Source: an uncultured delta proteobacterium (GTDB lineage Bacteria; Desulfobacterota; Desulfomonilia; UBA1062). From it: DNA of 64,000 bases. The notes under the pieces are model-generated. The model was not told where the DNA came from. It ran no database searches and saw only the letters and a program-made list of their open reading frames with translations. The stretch lies in contig CAVVYZ010000002.1 in assembly GCA_963752595.1 (NCBI GenBank), positions 192,001-256,000 of the forward strand, given 5' to 3'. Both the position numbers and the translations under genes were made by a program. Each line of letters begins with the position of its first letter. Position 1 is the first letter of the stretch. Of this stretch, positions 52,663 through 63,232 are shown piece by piece.

Positions 52663-53202
52663 TTATGCGCCGCCCTGGGATGAGATAAATCCCCGGGGAG
52701 TAGAGCCCGTATCGGACGGGGTCCCGGCAATCTGCGCGAGGAATGCCCCGTTGAGCTCTTCTATGTGATCGCCGACATTGGTGAAATAGTTAAAGTGTAC
52801 CTGCTCCTCATCGATGATCGTCTCAAAAAGCTTCATGCTGGTGCTGTCATTGTTTTCCCGGCAAATCTCCCGCAGCTCGTTGTAGACGTCGATGGTATTC
52901 CCCTCTAGCTGGGCGTCGAAAGGAAAGATCGCATCTATTTTCTGATTCTTCACAACCTTGTCCGAAGGGTTGACAGTCGGCTCACCGTCGAGCTCTTTGA
53001 TCCTCTCGGCAAACATCTCTGCATGGCGCATCTCGTCAATGGCGATAAGCTTCACCTTTGCGGCGAGATCGCCGTAATCCATGTCGGCAAGGTCATAATG
53101 CTGGATCATGTATTGATAAATGGCGCGCAGTTCCATGGACCTGCCTTTGTTGAGCGCATCGATCACCTTTTTCTTCCTATCATCTTTGAGCTTCTGAGCC
53201 AT
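52663..53202 (-). CDS. bfr: Bacterioferritin
   Basis: EL.AIYQY..QH, IDEMRHAE, DEEQVH. Confidence 0.8.
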   Translation of the reverse strand: MAQKLKDDRKKKVIDALNKGRSMELRAIYQYMIQHYDLADMDYGDLAAKVKLIAIDEMRHAEMFAERIKELDGEPTVNPSDKVVKNQKIDAIFPFDAQLEGNTIDVYNELREICRENNDSTSMKLFETIIDEEQVHFNYFTNVGDHIEELNGAFLAQIAGTPSDTGSTPRGFISSQGGA

Positions 53203-53305
53203 ACATACCTCCCCTCTTAAGCCTATAATAATAAGTAAGCCCGGCAGAGAAGCTCACAAGCCCTGATGACGATCATCATAAACGTGGCTCGCAGGGTACT
53301 TTGAT

Positions 53306-54448
53306 TTAATAACGCAGGTGGACGAGATCGATTATTGTGACCTCGGGCCTGGTGAGGAACCGGATGGGTGGACCCCAGGTGCCGGTTCCCTGGCTGACGT
53401 ACAGGTGGGAGCCCTTCGAAAGATCGTGCCGGCCGGTCACGCGGGAGAAAAAGATCCGGACGAGAAGCTTGAACGGGAAGATCTGCCCGTTGTGGGTGTG
53501 GCCGGAAAGCTGAAGGTCGTACAGGCCCAGGGCATTTTCAGCGACATACGGCTGGTGCTTGAGCAGGAGGATGAAAGTGTCTCTCGGAAGCCCGGAAAGA
53601 AGCTCTGTTTCCTGCGGTGTCGGCTTCAGGCCGAAATGTTTTCCTGTCGGGTCGTCTATGCCGGCGATCGTGATGAGGTTTGGAATAGTCGCAACCTCTC
53701 CCCTGAGCAGGGTGAAACCCGCCCTTCTCGTGATCTCCAGGGAATGCGGGAGCCCTGCGTAGAATTCGTGGTTCCCGGTGACGGCAAATTTACCATACCG
53801 GGGTCGAATCTCTGCGAATGCGTCTGCCGGATTCGCCAGGCTGTCGATCTGCCCGTCCACGAGATCACCCGTGGAGATGAGGATGTCCGGGTCAGCCTCC
53901 CTGATCACCTGAAGAATCCTTTCCACCCTCTCTTGCCGGACGATGAGGCCGAGGTGGACGTCGGATATCTGCGCGATCCGCAAGCGACCAAGGGAAGCCG
54001 GGATCTTGGATGTCCGGATGACAATCTCATGAGGCCTGATGCGCAAGGCCTCGAAATATCCGTATGCCGAGAAAACAAGGGCGAGAATCAGCGGGGCAAG
54101 GAAAGCCTCCCGTGCAGAGGGCATGAAACATGCAGGATTCCAGCGGAATATCATACCGGCCCCGGAGAGGGACAAGCGGTACAGATCGGTCAGGATTGAT
54201 ACGCTGAAGAAGAGAAAGAACACCCCCATCCAGGTGTAGCCAAGGTAGGAGAGCAACCGTGCCGGTGTATCATACCCATGCCGTTCCAGGATACGGATCA
54301 GGATGGGAGCCACGATCATGGCTGTCATGAACAGAGCGAGGAGTGCCCCTGTGAAGGCCCCGAAGGGAAAGGCCGCCTTTATTCTGAAGAAGGCATAGAC
54401 ATGAGCGGCACTGTAGATGCCGAGGATAATGAGCAGAAACAAGGACAT
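53306..54448 (-). CDS. Membrane-anchored metallophosphoesterase
   Basis: SDVH, GDLVD, GNHE, LSGHTH. Confidence 0.9.
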   Translation of the reverse strand: MSLFLLIILGIYSAAHVYAFFRIKAAFPFGAFTGALLALFMTAMIVAPILIRILERHGYDTPARLLSYLGYTWMGVFFLFFSVSILTDLYRLSLSGAGMIFRWNPACFMPSAREAFLAPLILALVFSAYGYFEALRIRPHEIVIRTSKIPASLGRLRIAQISDVHLGLIVRQERVERILQVIREADPDILISTGDLVDGQIDSLANPADAFAEIRPRYGKFAVTGNHEFYAGLPHSLEITRRAGFTLLRGEVATIPNLITIAGIDDPTGKHFGLKPTPQETELLSGLPRDTFILLLKHQPYVAENALGLYDLQLSGHTHNGQIFPFKLLVRIFFSRVTGRHDLSKGSHLYVSQGTGTWGPPIRFLTRPEVTIIDLVHLRY

Positions 54449-54710
54449 GGTGGTCTCCCTTAAGATTCTTTTTCCTCACACCATTCAATAATACCCTACA
54501 TGGCCGGCTAGGGGAACCCTTTCCGGGGGGAAGGCCGCCGCCCGCAGGCCCCTGATGATGGGAATCCGCAGATCACTCGTGCCTGGCATGGACAGCCCCC
54601 GAGCATGGCGAAAATCTGAAAGACCTTGCTCCATATGGATAAAATTGCTGGCATTGTTATTATAGGAATTAGATAAATCTAATCCGTCCGGAATGTGAAA
54701 AGGGATTCAT

Positions 54711-55469
54711 ATGGCTCCGTTGTGGGTACAGGCAGGTTTCTGGGGATTTGCAGCCGGTTCCGCACTGCTCATCGGGGTGGCGGTTGTGTATCTCTTCAAT
54801 CTGCCGCAGCGTGCTATTGCATCTGTGATGTCATTCGGCAGCGGGGTGCTCATTTCGGCCCTGTCGTTTGAACTGATGGAAAATTCATTCCGGCTGGGCG
54901 GGCTTGATTCGGTAGCCGTCGGCTTTATTACCGGTGCAACCGCGTATACCGTTGCCAACTTTTATCTCTCCTACAAAGGTGCAAAGCACCGCAAGCGCTC
55001 AGGAGATCAGCAGTTATCCGAGAAAGAAGAATGGGGAAGCGGCACTGCCATCGCCATCGGCTCGCTGCTCGATAATATCCCGGAATCTCTTGTCATAGGG
55101 TTGAGCATGCTCGGCGGCGGCAAGGTAAGCTTTGCCCTGGTGACGGCCGTCTTCATCTCCAATTTCCCTGAAGGGCTCTCCAGTGCAGCAGGTATGAAAA
55201 AGGCAGGGAGGTCGGCGAATTACATTTTTCTTGTATGGGGATTTATCGCCTTGTCCACAGGCATCGCATCTCTTGCGGGCTACTGGTATTTTCAGGATGC
55301 CTCGCCCGAGTTGGTTGCAGCAGTCACTTCCATGGCTGCAGGAACGATGCTTGTGATGATAGCAGACACCATGATTCCTGAAGCATTCAGCGAGAGTTAT
55401 GAATTTGCAGGGTTTATTACCGGTATCGGCTTTCTGATATCCTATGCATTGAGAAAATCCGGGTGGTGA
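54711..55469 (+). CDS. ZIP family metal transporter
   Basis: LDNIPES, SNFPEG, DTMIPEAF. Confidence 0.85.
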   Translation: MAPLWVQAGFWGFAAGSALLIGVAVVYLFNLPQRAIASVMSFGSGVLISALSFELMENSFRLGGLDSVAVGFITGATAYTVANFYLSYKGAKHRKRSGDQQLSEKEEWGSGTAIAIGSLLDNIPESLVIGLSMLGGGKVSFALVTAVFISNFPEGLSSAAGMKKAGRSANYIFLVWGFIALSTGIASLAGYWYFQDASPELVAAVTSMAAGTMLVMIADTMIPEAFSESYEFAGFITGIGFLISYALRKSGW

Positions 55470-55601
55470 TGAAGAAACCTGTGGCGATTGAAAGGTACGT
55501 CGGCGTTATTTCCGATACCCATGGGCCGATCAGGGCAAAGACGTATCCGGAAATAATCGAAATAGCGGTATAAGACAAAGGAAGAGGGGACATACCTTTT
55601 T

Positions 55602-56276
55602 ATGACACATCCTATGGGCCTGCAATTAGGATGGTATGGGAAGAGGGCACTCCTCTTTGTTGAATGCATTGTCCTTTTTTTCATCATTCCTGCAGCACTC
55701 TATTTCCACAGGCATTGGTTTGCTTGGCGGATAACCCCCATCGTCCTCGTGATTGCAGCAGGGTGCTTTCTCTATCTGATCGCCGACAAAAGCTTCGATA
55801 AGAGGAAATTGTGGAATACCCGAAATATTTCAGAACATATCGGGAAGATCATCCTGACCTTCGTTGTCCCTGCCGTCATGGTCGGCATGTTTACCTATTT
55901 CTTTCAGAAGGTCCATTTTTTATACTTCGTGTCTGCCGAACCTTGGCTGTGGTTGGTATTTATCCTGATTTACCCCTTGCTTGCCGTATATCCGCAGGAG
56001 ATCGTATTCAGGGCTTTCTTCTTTCACAGGTACAAAAGCCTGTTTACGGACAGGGTAACCATGATCCTCTTCAGCGGGATAAGCTTCGGAATCGCCCACC
56101 TCTTTTATGCCAACTGGTTTGCCCCCGTTCTGTCCACATTCGGCGGGATGCTCTTCGCCTATCGGTATGCAAAGGCGGATTCACTCGTAGCTGCCGCCAT
56201 AGAACATGGGCTCTGGGGAAATTTCCTTTTCACCGTCGGATTGGGATGGTATTTTTACAGCGGTTCGATCCCCTGA
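55602..56276 (+). CDS. CPBP (CAAX/Abi) intramembrane metalloprotease
   Basis: QEIVFR, FGIAH, IEHGLWGN. Confidence 0.85.
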   Translation: MTHPMGLQLGWYGKRALLFVECIVLFFIIPAALYFHRHWFAWRITPIVLVIAAGCFLYLIADKSFDKRKLWNTRNISEHIGKIILTFVVPAVMVGMFTYFFQKVHFLYFVSAEPWLWLVFILIYPLLAVYPQEIVFRAFFFHRYKSLFTDRVTMILFSGISFGIAHLFYANWFAPVLSTFGGMLFAYRYAKADSLVAAAIEHGLWGNFLFTVGLGWYFYSGSIP

Positions 56277-56552
56277 TACGACATCTATAATTGCCTTATG
56301 ATAATTGCCGGTTAAAAAATAATGTGAACGCCGGCGCTTGCAATGAAAAGCTGGGAAATGAGGATGCAAGCCTGATTAGAGCAGATCGGCATTGTATTTT
56401 CGCCTTGGTGTGATAATGGAGATTTTGCCGCGCCATTGTGCATGGAAAATGCATTTACATCACGATCGGCACTATTGCGAACATATGAGGAAGAGAGATA
56501 CAGGAAACATCCTAAAAAAAGATGCCGTCTTAATCGGCTGGAGATAGAAAAA

Positions 56553-56741
56553 ATGAAAAGAATCTGTGCTTGGTGTGGAAGGGACATGGGACTGGTGGAT
56601 ACTGCCCTCTACCCGGAATCAACAGTTACCCACGGCATCTGCCCGAGTTGCGCCCGTAAATACTTTCATGAACCGAAGAGATCGTTGCGCAATTTCTTCA
56701 TGCGGCTCATGGTGCCCATCTTCCATCTCGTAAAGACGTGA
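56553..56741 (+). CDS. Small CxxC...CxxC (zinc-ribbon-like) protein, 62 aa
   Basis: MKRICAWC...THGICPSC; GGAG upstream. Confidence 0.6.
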   Translation: MKRICAWCGRDMGLVDTALYPESTVTHGICPSCARKYFHEPKRSLRNFFMRLMVPIFHLVKT

Positions 56742-57114
56742 TGAAGCACTGATACCATTTTTGTACGCGGCATGTACAAAAATGAATGCAGAATTGATCG
56801 TTGGCGAGAAAAGCGGTTTTTAGTTTTCATGCACTTAAAGATTGCATCACGGGAAATGATATCAAAGAAGACCTCTTAAGGGTTCGTAAGGTTTTTCAGT
56901 ATTACCTCCGGTTGCCTTTTTTACGTATCATTGATCCGTGCGCCTTTTTTCCCAAAAAAGCAGGTCCGGAAATGACGGCCACCTTCATCCCTAAAAGGGC
57001 GTGCTTCCCTTGTGCAGCGATTCGTGCTCACTTGATTTACCACATGAATACTTTTATACCATTCTATACCGGAGCTCCGCGTAAGGCTTACTTTTTACAA
57101 GAAGGGGGAAGCCC

Positions 57115-57860
57115 ATGGAAAACGGTGCTGCAAAGATCGTAAAGGTCGAGAAGGAAAATCAGGAAATAACATCACTTTACATCGAAGAGTTTGATGAATC
57201 TTTCCGTAAGCGCCGGGCAGGCAGCTTCCTTACGCTGAAGATCATGCAGAATGGGGAATGGAGCAAGCCGCATCCGTTTACGATATCGTGCGCCCCGGAA
57301 GATCAGCAGCTCCGGGTGACCATGAAAAAGCTGGGTGCCTTCACGACTGCTGCGCACGAGCTCAAACCGGGGGACGAGGTCATCTGCACCGGTCCGTATG
57401 GCCTGTTCTGCAAGGACATCGATTCCCGGATCCTATCATCATGATCGCCGGCGGTGTGGGAATCACACCTTTCTTGAGCGTCCTGAGGCATTTCAGAAAC
57501 ATCAAGTCCGGCAGCCGGGTGCTCCTCATCTGGTCCAATAAAACGATCGAAGATGCCTTTGCGCTGGACGAACTGAAACAGATGACCCGTGAGATTCCCT
57601 TGAAGGTCGTGCATAACCTGAGTAGGGTAGAAGAAGGTACGGATATAGCAGGGTATGCGGAAGATGATTATCCTGAAGCCTTCTATGAGTCGGGCAGATG
57701 CACGAGGGACCTGATCAGGAAATACCTGCCCCCGAACAGCACAGCCATGTACCTCTGCGGGCCGCCCCCGATGCAGGATTTCGTCATCGGAGAGCTGGAG
57801 TCCTTAGGTGTGGACCCCAAGAGTGTGAAAAAAGAGAGTTTCACCTGGAAGACCTCATAG
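57115..57860 (+). CDS. FAD/NAD(P)-binding ferredoxin-reductase-type oxidoreductase (frameshift near 57430)
   Basis: HPFTIS, GPYG, IAGGVGITPF, YLCGPPPM, KESF. Confidence 0.85.
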
Positions 57861-58009
57861 GCGGGTTCTGATGGCTGAGGCAAACGTACTCCAGGCGCTG
57901 ATCATTACCACGGGGGCAGGGCTCTCCACTGCCATCGGCCGTGCCTTGGGGCTTTTCTCAAAAGAGCCGTCAGCCCGGTTCCTGTCCTTTTCGCTCGGAT
58001 TCTCGGTGA

Positions 58010-58762
58010 TCACCCTTTCAGGATGATCCCCACCGGGCAGTGATCCGACCCGCGGATGTGCTTGAAGATGAAGGCATCCTGAAGCGCACTTTTCAGGGAT
58101 GCGGATATCCAGAAATAGTCGATCCGCCACCCGATGTCCTTCGTGCGTGCATCGAAACGGTACGACCACCAGGTATAGTTGCCCGGTTCCTTGTTGAATT
58201 CCCTGAAGGTATCGATGAAACCGCTTTCCACGCACCTGTCCAGCGCGGTGCGCTCCTCGATGGTGAACCCGGGATTGCGCATGTTCGATTTGGGGTTCTT
58301 CAGGTCGATCTCCTTATGGGCCGCGTTGAGATCACCGCAGAAGATCACCGGCTTCTGCCTGTCCAGCTTCTTTAAAAATGCGAGAAAATCCGCATCCCAC
58401 TTCATGCGGTAATCGAGTCTCGCGAGCTCATGCTGGGCGTTGGGCGCATAGACGTTCACGAGAAAGAACCCGTCGAATTCGAGGGTAACGATCCTTCCCT
58501 CGCGGTCATGCTCGGGGATTCCTATTCCGTAGGAGACCGAGACAGGCTCGATCCTGGAGAAGACGGCCGTGCCGGAATACCCCCTCTTGTCTGCGCAGTT
58601 CCAGTACTGCAGGTATCCGGGCAGGTCGATCTTTATCTGGTCAAGCCCTATCTTGGTTTCCTGAAGGCAGAGGATATCCGGGTCCATTTCTGCCATAGAG
58701 GTAAGAAAGCCGTTCTTGATTGCAGCCCTGATGCCGTTGACATTCCACGATACAAGCTTCAC
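58010..58762 (-). CDS. xth: Exodeoxyribonuclease III
   Basis: SWNVNGIRA, LQETK, GDLNAAH, YTWWSYR, WRIDYF, SDHCP. Confidence 0.95.
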   Translation of the reverse strand: MKLVSWNVNGIRAAIKNGFLTSMAEMDPDILCLQETKIGLDQIKIDLPGYLQYWNCADKRGYSGTAVFSRIEPVSVSYGIGIPEHDREGRIVTLEFDGFFLVNVYAPNAQHELARLDYRMKWDADFLAFLKKLDRQKPVIFCGDLNAAHKEIDLKNPKSNMRNPGFTIEERTALDRCVESGFIDTFREFNKEPGNYTWWSYRFDARTKDIGWRIDYFWISASLKSALQDAFIFKHIRGSDHCPVGIILKG

Positions 58763-58979
58763 CCCGTCACTCCTCCTGCACATGTGCGTAAAACAAAGCT
58801 CTGTCACGCCTGCCGCGTCAGGCGGTCAGGTTTTGCCTTTATATACCAAAGCTTTTTTTCTTTCTATTCCGGATTACAAAGGCCAATGTCCCATAACGTG
58901 CATTGATTCTTTTTACACCATTGATCTCGATGATACTTTGGGTATTATGGAGATATCTCTCCTGGATGATGAGGAAGCT

Positions 58980-60134
58980 ATGGCTGAAGTATCGCTCTTG
59001 AGGTGCGAGGGATATTCTCCCGGAGAACTCAAGGAAAGGATTATCGAGGGCCTTAAGGGATGCCGTTTCCCTCTGAAATCTTTTCAGAGCGCACGCGTTG
59101 TGCTGAAGCCTAATCTCCTGTCAGCTGCCGATCCTGAAAGCGGGGTAGTGACCCATCCCGGCTTTTTCCGGGCAGCTGCAGAGATCGTCCTCGACTACGG
59201 GGGAAGGCCGGTGCTGGCGGAGTCCCCTGCCGTGGCGTCCCTGCACAATGCCTTGCGGGCCACCACGTATGACGCGATCATGCGGCACCTCGGGATCGAG
59301 GCGGCGGATCCGTCAAAGGTCCATAGGATCTCGTATCCTGAGGCAAAGAGATTCAAGAGCTTTGAGATTGCTCAAGCTTTCTTCGAAGCGGACATTATCG
59401 TCAACCTGCCGAAGTTCAAGACCCACGGGTTAACCTATGTGACGGCGAGTGTAAAAAACCTCTTCGGCGCTGTGCCCGGGATGAGGAAATCGCAGATGCA
59501 CATGAAGCTTCCGGAAAGGGGAGAGTTCTGCGAGGCAATCCTCGACCTCTATGGCGCCTTCCTCAGAGGCTTTCATCCGGAGAAGCCGCTTGTTCATATC
59601 ATGGATGCAGTTACCGCCCTTGAAGGAGACGGACCGGGAACCGGCGGGAGGCCGAGGAAGATGAATGCGGTCATCGTAGGGATCGACGGTCTGGCCGTGG
59701 ACTGGGTGGCGACCTCCGTGAGCGGACTCGATCCCCGCCTTTCTCCCATCCTTACCCTGGGATTCCGGAGAGGCCTTGGTGTGTCTTCGGAAAAGGAGAT
59801 CACCGTTATCGGCCGTGAGATCAAGGATATGCTCATCCAGGGTTTTGTCCCTGCATCAGGCCCCGGGATGACCGGCCTCCTTCGCGTGTCTCTGATAAAG
59901 TCACTGCTGAACAAGCTTTTTATCGGAAGGCCTGTTCCGATCGAGGATCGCTGCAGCCTATGCTACCAGTGCATGAAAATCTGCCCCGTGCAGGCGATCG
60001 ACAAGGCACTTCCCGGTCAGAGCAGGCCGTATATCGACTACGATCGGTGCATCAGGTGTTTCTGCTGCATGGAAGCGTGTCCTGAAGACGGAATATCGGC
60101 ACGGAAGGGAATGCTTCAACGGTTGATGAGGTGA
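58980..60134 (+). CDS. DUF362 domain protein with C-terminal 2x[4Fe-4S]
   Basis: LKPNLL, THP, PKFKTH, KNLFG; CSLCYQCMKICP, CIRCFCCMEACP. Confidence 0.88.
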   Translation: MAEVSLLRCEGYSPGELKERIIEGLKGCRFPLKSFQSARVVLKPNLLSAADPESGVVTHPGFFRAAAEIVLDYGGRPVLAESPAVASLHNALRATTYDAIMRHLGIEAADPSKVHRISYPEAKRFKSFEIAQAFFEADIIVNLPKFKTHGLTYVTASVKNLFGAVPGMRKSQMHMKLPERGEFCEAILDLYGAFLRGFHPEKPLVHIMDAVTALEGDGPGTGGRPRKMNAVIVGIDGLAVDWVATSVSGLDPRLSPILTLGFRRGLGVSSEKEITVIGREIKDMLIQGFVPASGPGMTGLLRVSLIKSLLNKLFIGRPVPIEDRCSLCYQCMKICPVQAIDKALPGQSRPYIDYDRCIRCFCCMEACPEDGISARKGMLQRLMR

Positions 60135-60284
60135 AGGGGCGCTTTCATGACTCCATAAGACAGCATGCATGTCAAAGGATATCGGGTCAGGGGGCAAAAA
60201 AGCAAAGGAAACCCTGGAAAATGCAACGAATCTATTGTAATCTTTTACAAGATCCCTTACACCCATCAAAGGGAGGTGGTTTCT

Positions 60285-60566
60285 ATGAAGTCCCGACATG
60301 AACTGCAGAAGGTTTTTGCCGATATCAGGGATTATCAAGAAATGATATCCTTTTTTGAAGAAATATTCACGCCCAAAGAGATCAATGACCTTGAACTCAG
60401 ATGGGAACTCCTGAAGGAACTGCATGCCGGACATACCCAGAGGAAGATCGCGGCAAAGCACAATATAAGCCTTTGCAAGATAACGAGAGGCTCAAAAATA
60501 TTAAAAAAGCCGGGCTCCATCACGAAGAGGCTGCTCGATGCCTCCTACGGGCCAAAGAAAGAATGA
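60285..60566 (+). CDS. TrpR/YerC family transcriptional regulator
   Basis: TPKE..DL.LRW, TQRKIA, SLCKITRGS. Confidence 0.8.
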   Translation: MKSRHELQKVFADIRDYQEMISFFEEIFTPKEINDLELRWELLKELHAGHTQRKIAAKHNISLCKITRGSKILKKPGSITKRLLDASYGPKKE

Positions 60567-60635
60567 TGCCCCGGGCAGCCGAAGGCACCGTATCAACCCG
60601 GCCGTGGTGATCCTTATGATCGGGGAGGGGAACCC

Positions 60636-61373
60636 ATGGAAGAAACGATCGGCGAGAAGTTCCAGAGAGATACCAAGTATGACCGAAAGCGGATGCCCAG
60701 AGGGTCTGTGGACCTGGATGGGAAGCCTCCCATGTACAAGGAATACCCAGAGGCGAGAAAGATCGCTCTGAACGCCGTGGAGAGATGCGGCGACATGAGC
60801 CTCCATGAGGCCCTTCTCCGCAGGAAGAGTCAGAGGCGCTTTATAGATGCGCCGATCTCCCTGGATATGCTTTCCTGTGTCTTATGGTCATCGAGCGGCA
60901 TCCAGCGGAAGGAAATGGGTTTTGAATTCCGCACGGCCCCTTCTGCAGGTGCCCTTTATCCCATCGAGACCTACATCATCGCCAATCGGGTTGCAGGGAT
61001 TGAAAATGGTGTGTACCACTACCAGGTGAAGCATCACCTCATGGAAGAATTGCAGCTGGGCGATTTCGGCGGGAGAATCGAGCATGCAGCCCTCGGCCAG
61101 CAGATGTGCGCAGGCGCTGCGGCTGTAATCGTATACACTGCCCTGTTCGAACGATCGGTCTGGAAATACAAGCAGAGAGGGTTTCGTTACATCTATCTCG
61201 ATGCCGGGCACATGGCGCAGAACCTGGCGCTTGCCTCGACCAGCATCGGCCTCGGGTGCTGCCACATCGGTTCCATGTTCGACAACGAGGTGAATGAGAT
61301 CATCGGGGCGGACGGCATACGTGAAAGCGTCCTGTACATGAGCGTGATCGGCCAGACCGGAATGGATGTCTGA
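60636..61373 (+). CDS. SagB/ThcOx-type nitroreductase family protein
   Basis: RRKSQRRF, RTAPSAGALYP, YLDAGHMAQN. Confidence 0.88.
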   Translation: MEETIGEKFQRDTKYDRKRMPRGSVDLDGKPPMYKEYPEARKIALNAVERCGDMSLHEALLRRKSQRRFIDAPISLDMLSCVLWSSSGIQRKEMGFEFRTAPSAGALYPIETYIIANRVAGIENGVYHYQVKHHLMEELQLGDFGGRIEHAALGQQMCAGAAAVIVYTALFERSVWKYKQRGFRYIYLDAGHMAQNLALASTSIGLGCCHIGSMFDNEVNEIIGADGIRESVLYMSVIGQTGMDV

Positions 61374-61713
61374 TTCTTTTAAAAAATCAGCCTCGGGTTC
61401 CTTTCAAGTGAGGGTCTATGGGGAGATACTCAGCTTGATTTGTGAACCCAAGGCTTAAGGGTTAAAATAGGAACCAGAGAAGGGAAGTCAAGGGCACCGG
61501 CATCAGATTTTTGATCCTCTCCGGCAAAAGACTCTGGTTTCATACCTCGGACACCTTTTTGCTCATAATCCGTACGATTCACGATTAATAATTATTTCCC
61601 GGTAAATTTCCGATATGTCCGGGATGCATCAATCTGTTTCACGGAGGTTTTGTGTTCGTGCTCTACACAAAAACGGAAAAGGATCACTGTTCTGATATTT
61701 GAGGAGGAGGGGA

Positions 61714-63075
61714 ATGAACAAGAAGCCGACGTATGATGAGCTGCTGGCAAGGCTTAAGGAGCTCGAGACAAAGGTCTTACACGATACGGAGCGGTTCGCC
61801 GAAATATGCAAGAATATCTCGGAGATTATCTTTGAGCACGATCTGGAAGGCACCTTTTCCGATATCAATCCCCATTACCTGGGCCGGCTCGGATATTCCC
61901 GGGAGGATATGATCGGGAAAAACACCAGGAACATGATGCCTCAGCGTTACCGGAAACAGTTTGACGATTATCTCCAGCGGGTGATTTCACATGGAAAAGA
62001 TGAAGGACTCATGCAGGTCATGGCAAAAGACGGGAGCGTACATATCATCGAGTACAAGAACGCCCTGAAAGATGACGGCAAGGGGAACAAGTCCGTGCTC
62101 GGCATTGCACGTGACGTTACCGAGCAGCTGGAGACCGAACAGTCGCTCATCGAGAGCGATACCCGGTTCAGGCTAATCATCGATTCGATCGAAGACGGAT
62201 ATTTTGAAGTCGATCTCGGAGGTAATTTTACCTTTTTCAATCATCGTGTCCACGAACACCTGGGATATACCCAAGGAGAGCTGATGGGGAAGAATTACAA
62301 GTTGCTGATGGATGAGAAGAACGCGGAATACGTCTTTAACTCCTTTCATAATATTTTCATATCAGGAGAGTCGATCCAGTCCATGGAATGGGAGCTCATG
62401 AAAAAAGACGGGACCTTTATCTATGTGGATACATCCGTCTCCCTACGGAAAAACCGGAAGGGCGATCCAATCGGTTTTCAGGGCATTATCCGCGATGTCA
62501 CGGAACGGAAGCGAACCGAGCAGGAACTGGCCTATATGGCGTACCATGATCCTCTCACCGGCCTCTATAACAGGAAGGCTTTCATGGAGAAGCTCGTCGA
62601 CACGCTCCGGGAAGCAAAGCGCTATGAAAACAGGAGAGGGATTCTGTACCTTGATCTGGACTCATTCAAGAAGGCTAACGATGTTTACGGCCACGAGATC
62701 GGCGACAAGATTCTCATCGAGGTCGCTTCCCGGCTGAAGGACGCCTTAAGGGGCAGCGACTACATCAGCAGGCTGGGCGGCGATGAGTTCACCGTCATCC
62801 TCACCAATTCCCAGGATCTCCATGCGGAACGCGTTGCCGAGAGGATCGTCCAGTATGTCTCGGAACCGTACAAGATTGGGGGAATTTTCATTGATTTTAT
62901 CTCGGCGAGTGTAGGCATCAGCATCTTTCCCGATGACGGTTACGATGCGCAGCTGCTCCTGAAGCATGCGGATTCCGCCATGTACAAGGCCAAGGAGCAG
63001 AAGGGCTGTTTCATGCGCTACAGCAACGTTATCCCTTATCCGGCGGGCCAGGCAAGGGCCAAGAAGAATTCCTGA
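61714..63075 (+). CDS. PAS-PAS-GGDEF diguanylate cyclase
   Basis: Two PAS/PAC (RDVTE), HDPLTGLYNR, RLGGDEF, ADSAMYKAK. Confidence 0.92.
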   Translation: MNKKPTYDELLARLKELETKVLHDTERFAEICKNISEIIFEHDLEGTFSDINPHYLGRLGYSREDMIGKNTRNMMPQRYRKQFDDYLQRVISHGKDEGLMQVMAKDGSVHIIEYKNALKDDGKGNKSVLGIARDVTEQLETEQSLIESDTRFRLIIDSIEDGYFEVDLGGNFTFFNHRVHEHLGYTQGELMGKNYKLLMDEKNAEYVFNSFHNIFISGESIQSMEWELMKKDGTFIYVDTSVSLRKNRKGDPIGFQGIIRDVTERKRTEQELAYMAYHDPLTGLYNRKAFMEKLVDTLREAKRYENRRGILYLDLDSFKKANDVYGHEIGDKILIEVASRLKDALRGSDYISRLGGDEFTVILTNSQDLHAERVAERIVQYVSEPYKIGGIFIDFISASVGISIFPDDGYDAQLLLKHADSAMYKAKEQKGCFMRYSNVIPYPAGQARAKKNS

Positions 63076-63190
63076 TCCTGCCCCCTGGCGGCCTGCAAGG
63101 GTGTGGTACGTTTTCCTCGGATGCCTTGCCGGCTGTTCCACAAATTCCGGCCGAATGATCCGGACTCACGAATAAACATCAAGTTACGTA

Positions 63191-63216
63191 AAAGCCCCCT
63201 GCCGGGCAGGGAGCTT
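63191..63216. terminator. Hairpin between convergent DGC and htpG
   Basis: AAGCCCCCTGCC GG GCAGGGAGCTT. Confidence 0.5.
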
Positions 63217-63232
63217 CACATCTTATATCTTC

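Noticed and set aside
54480-54700. Possible metal or fluoride riboswitch upstream of the ZIP transporter
   Set aside because: GC-rich, but no consensus I can match to a known riboswitch
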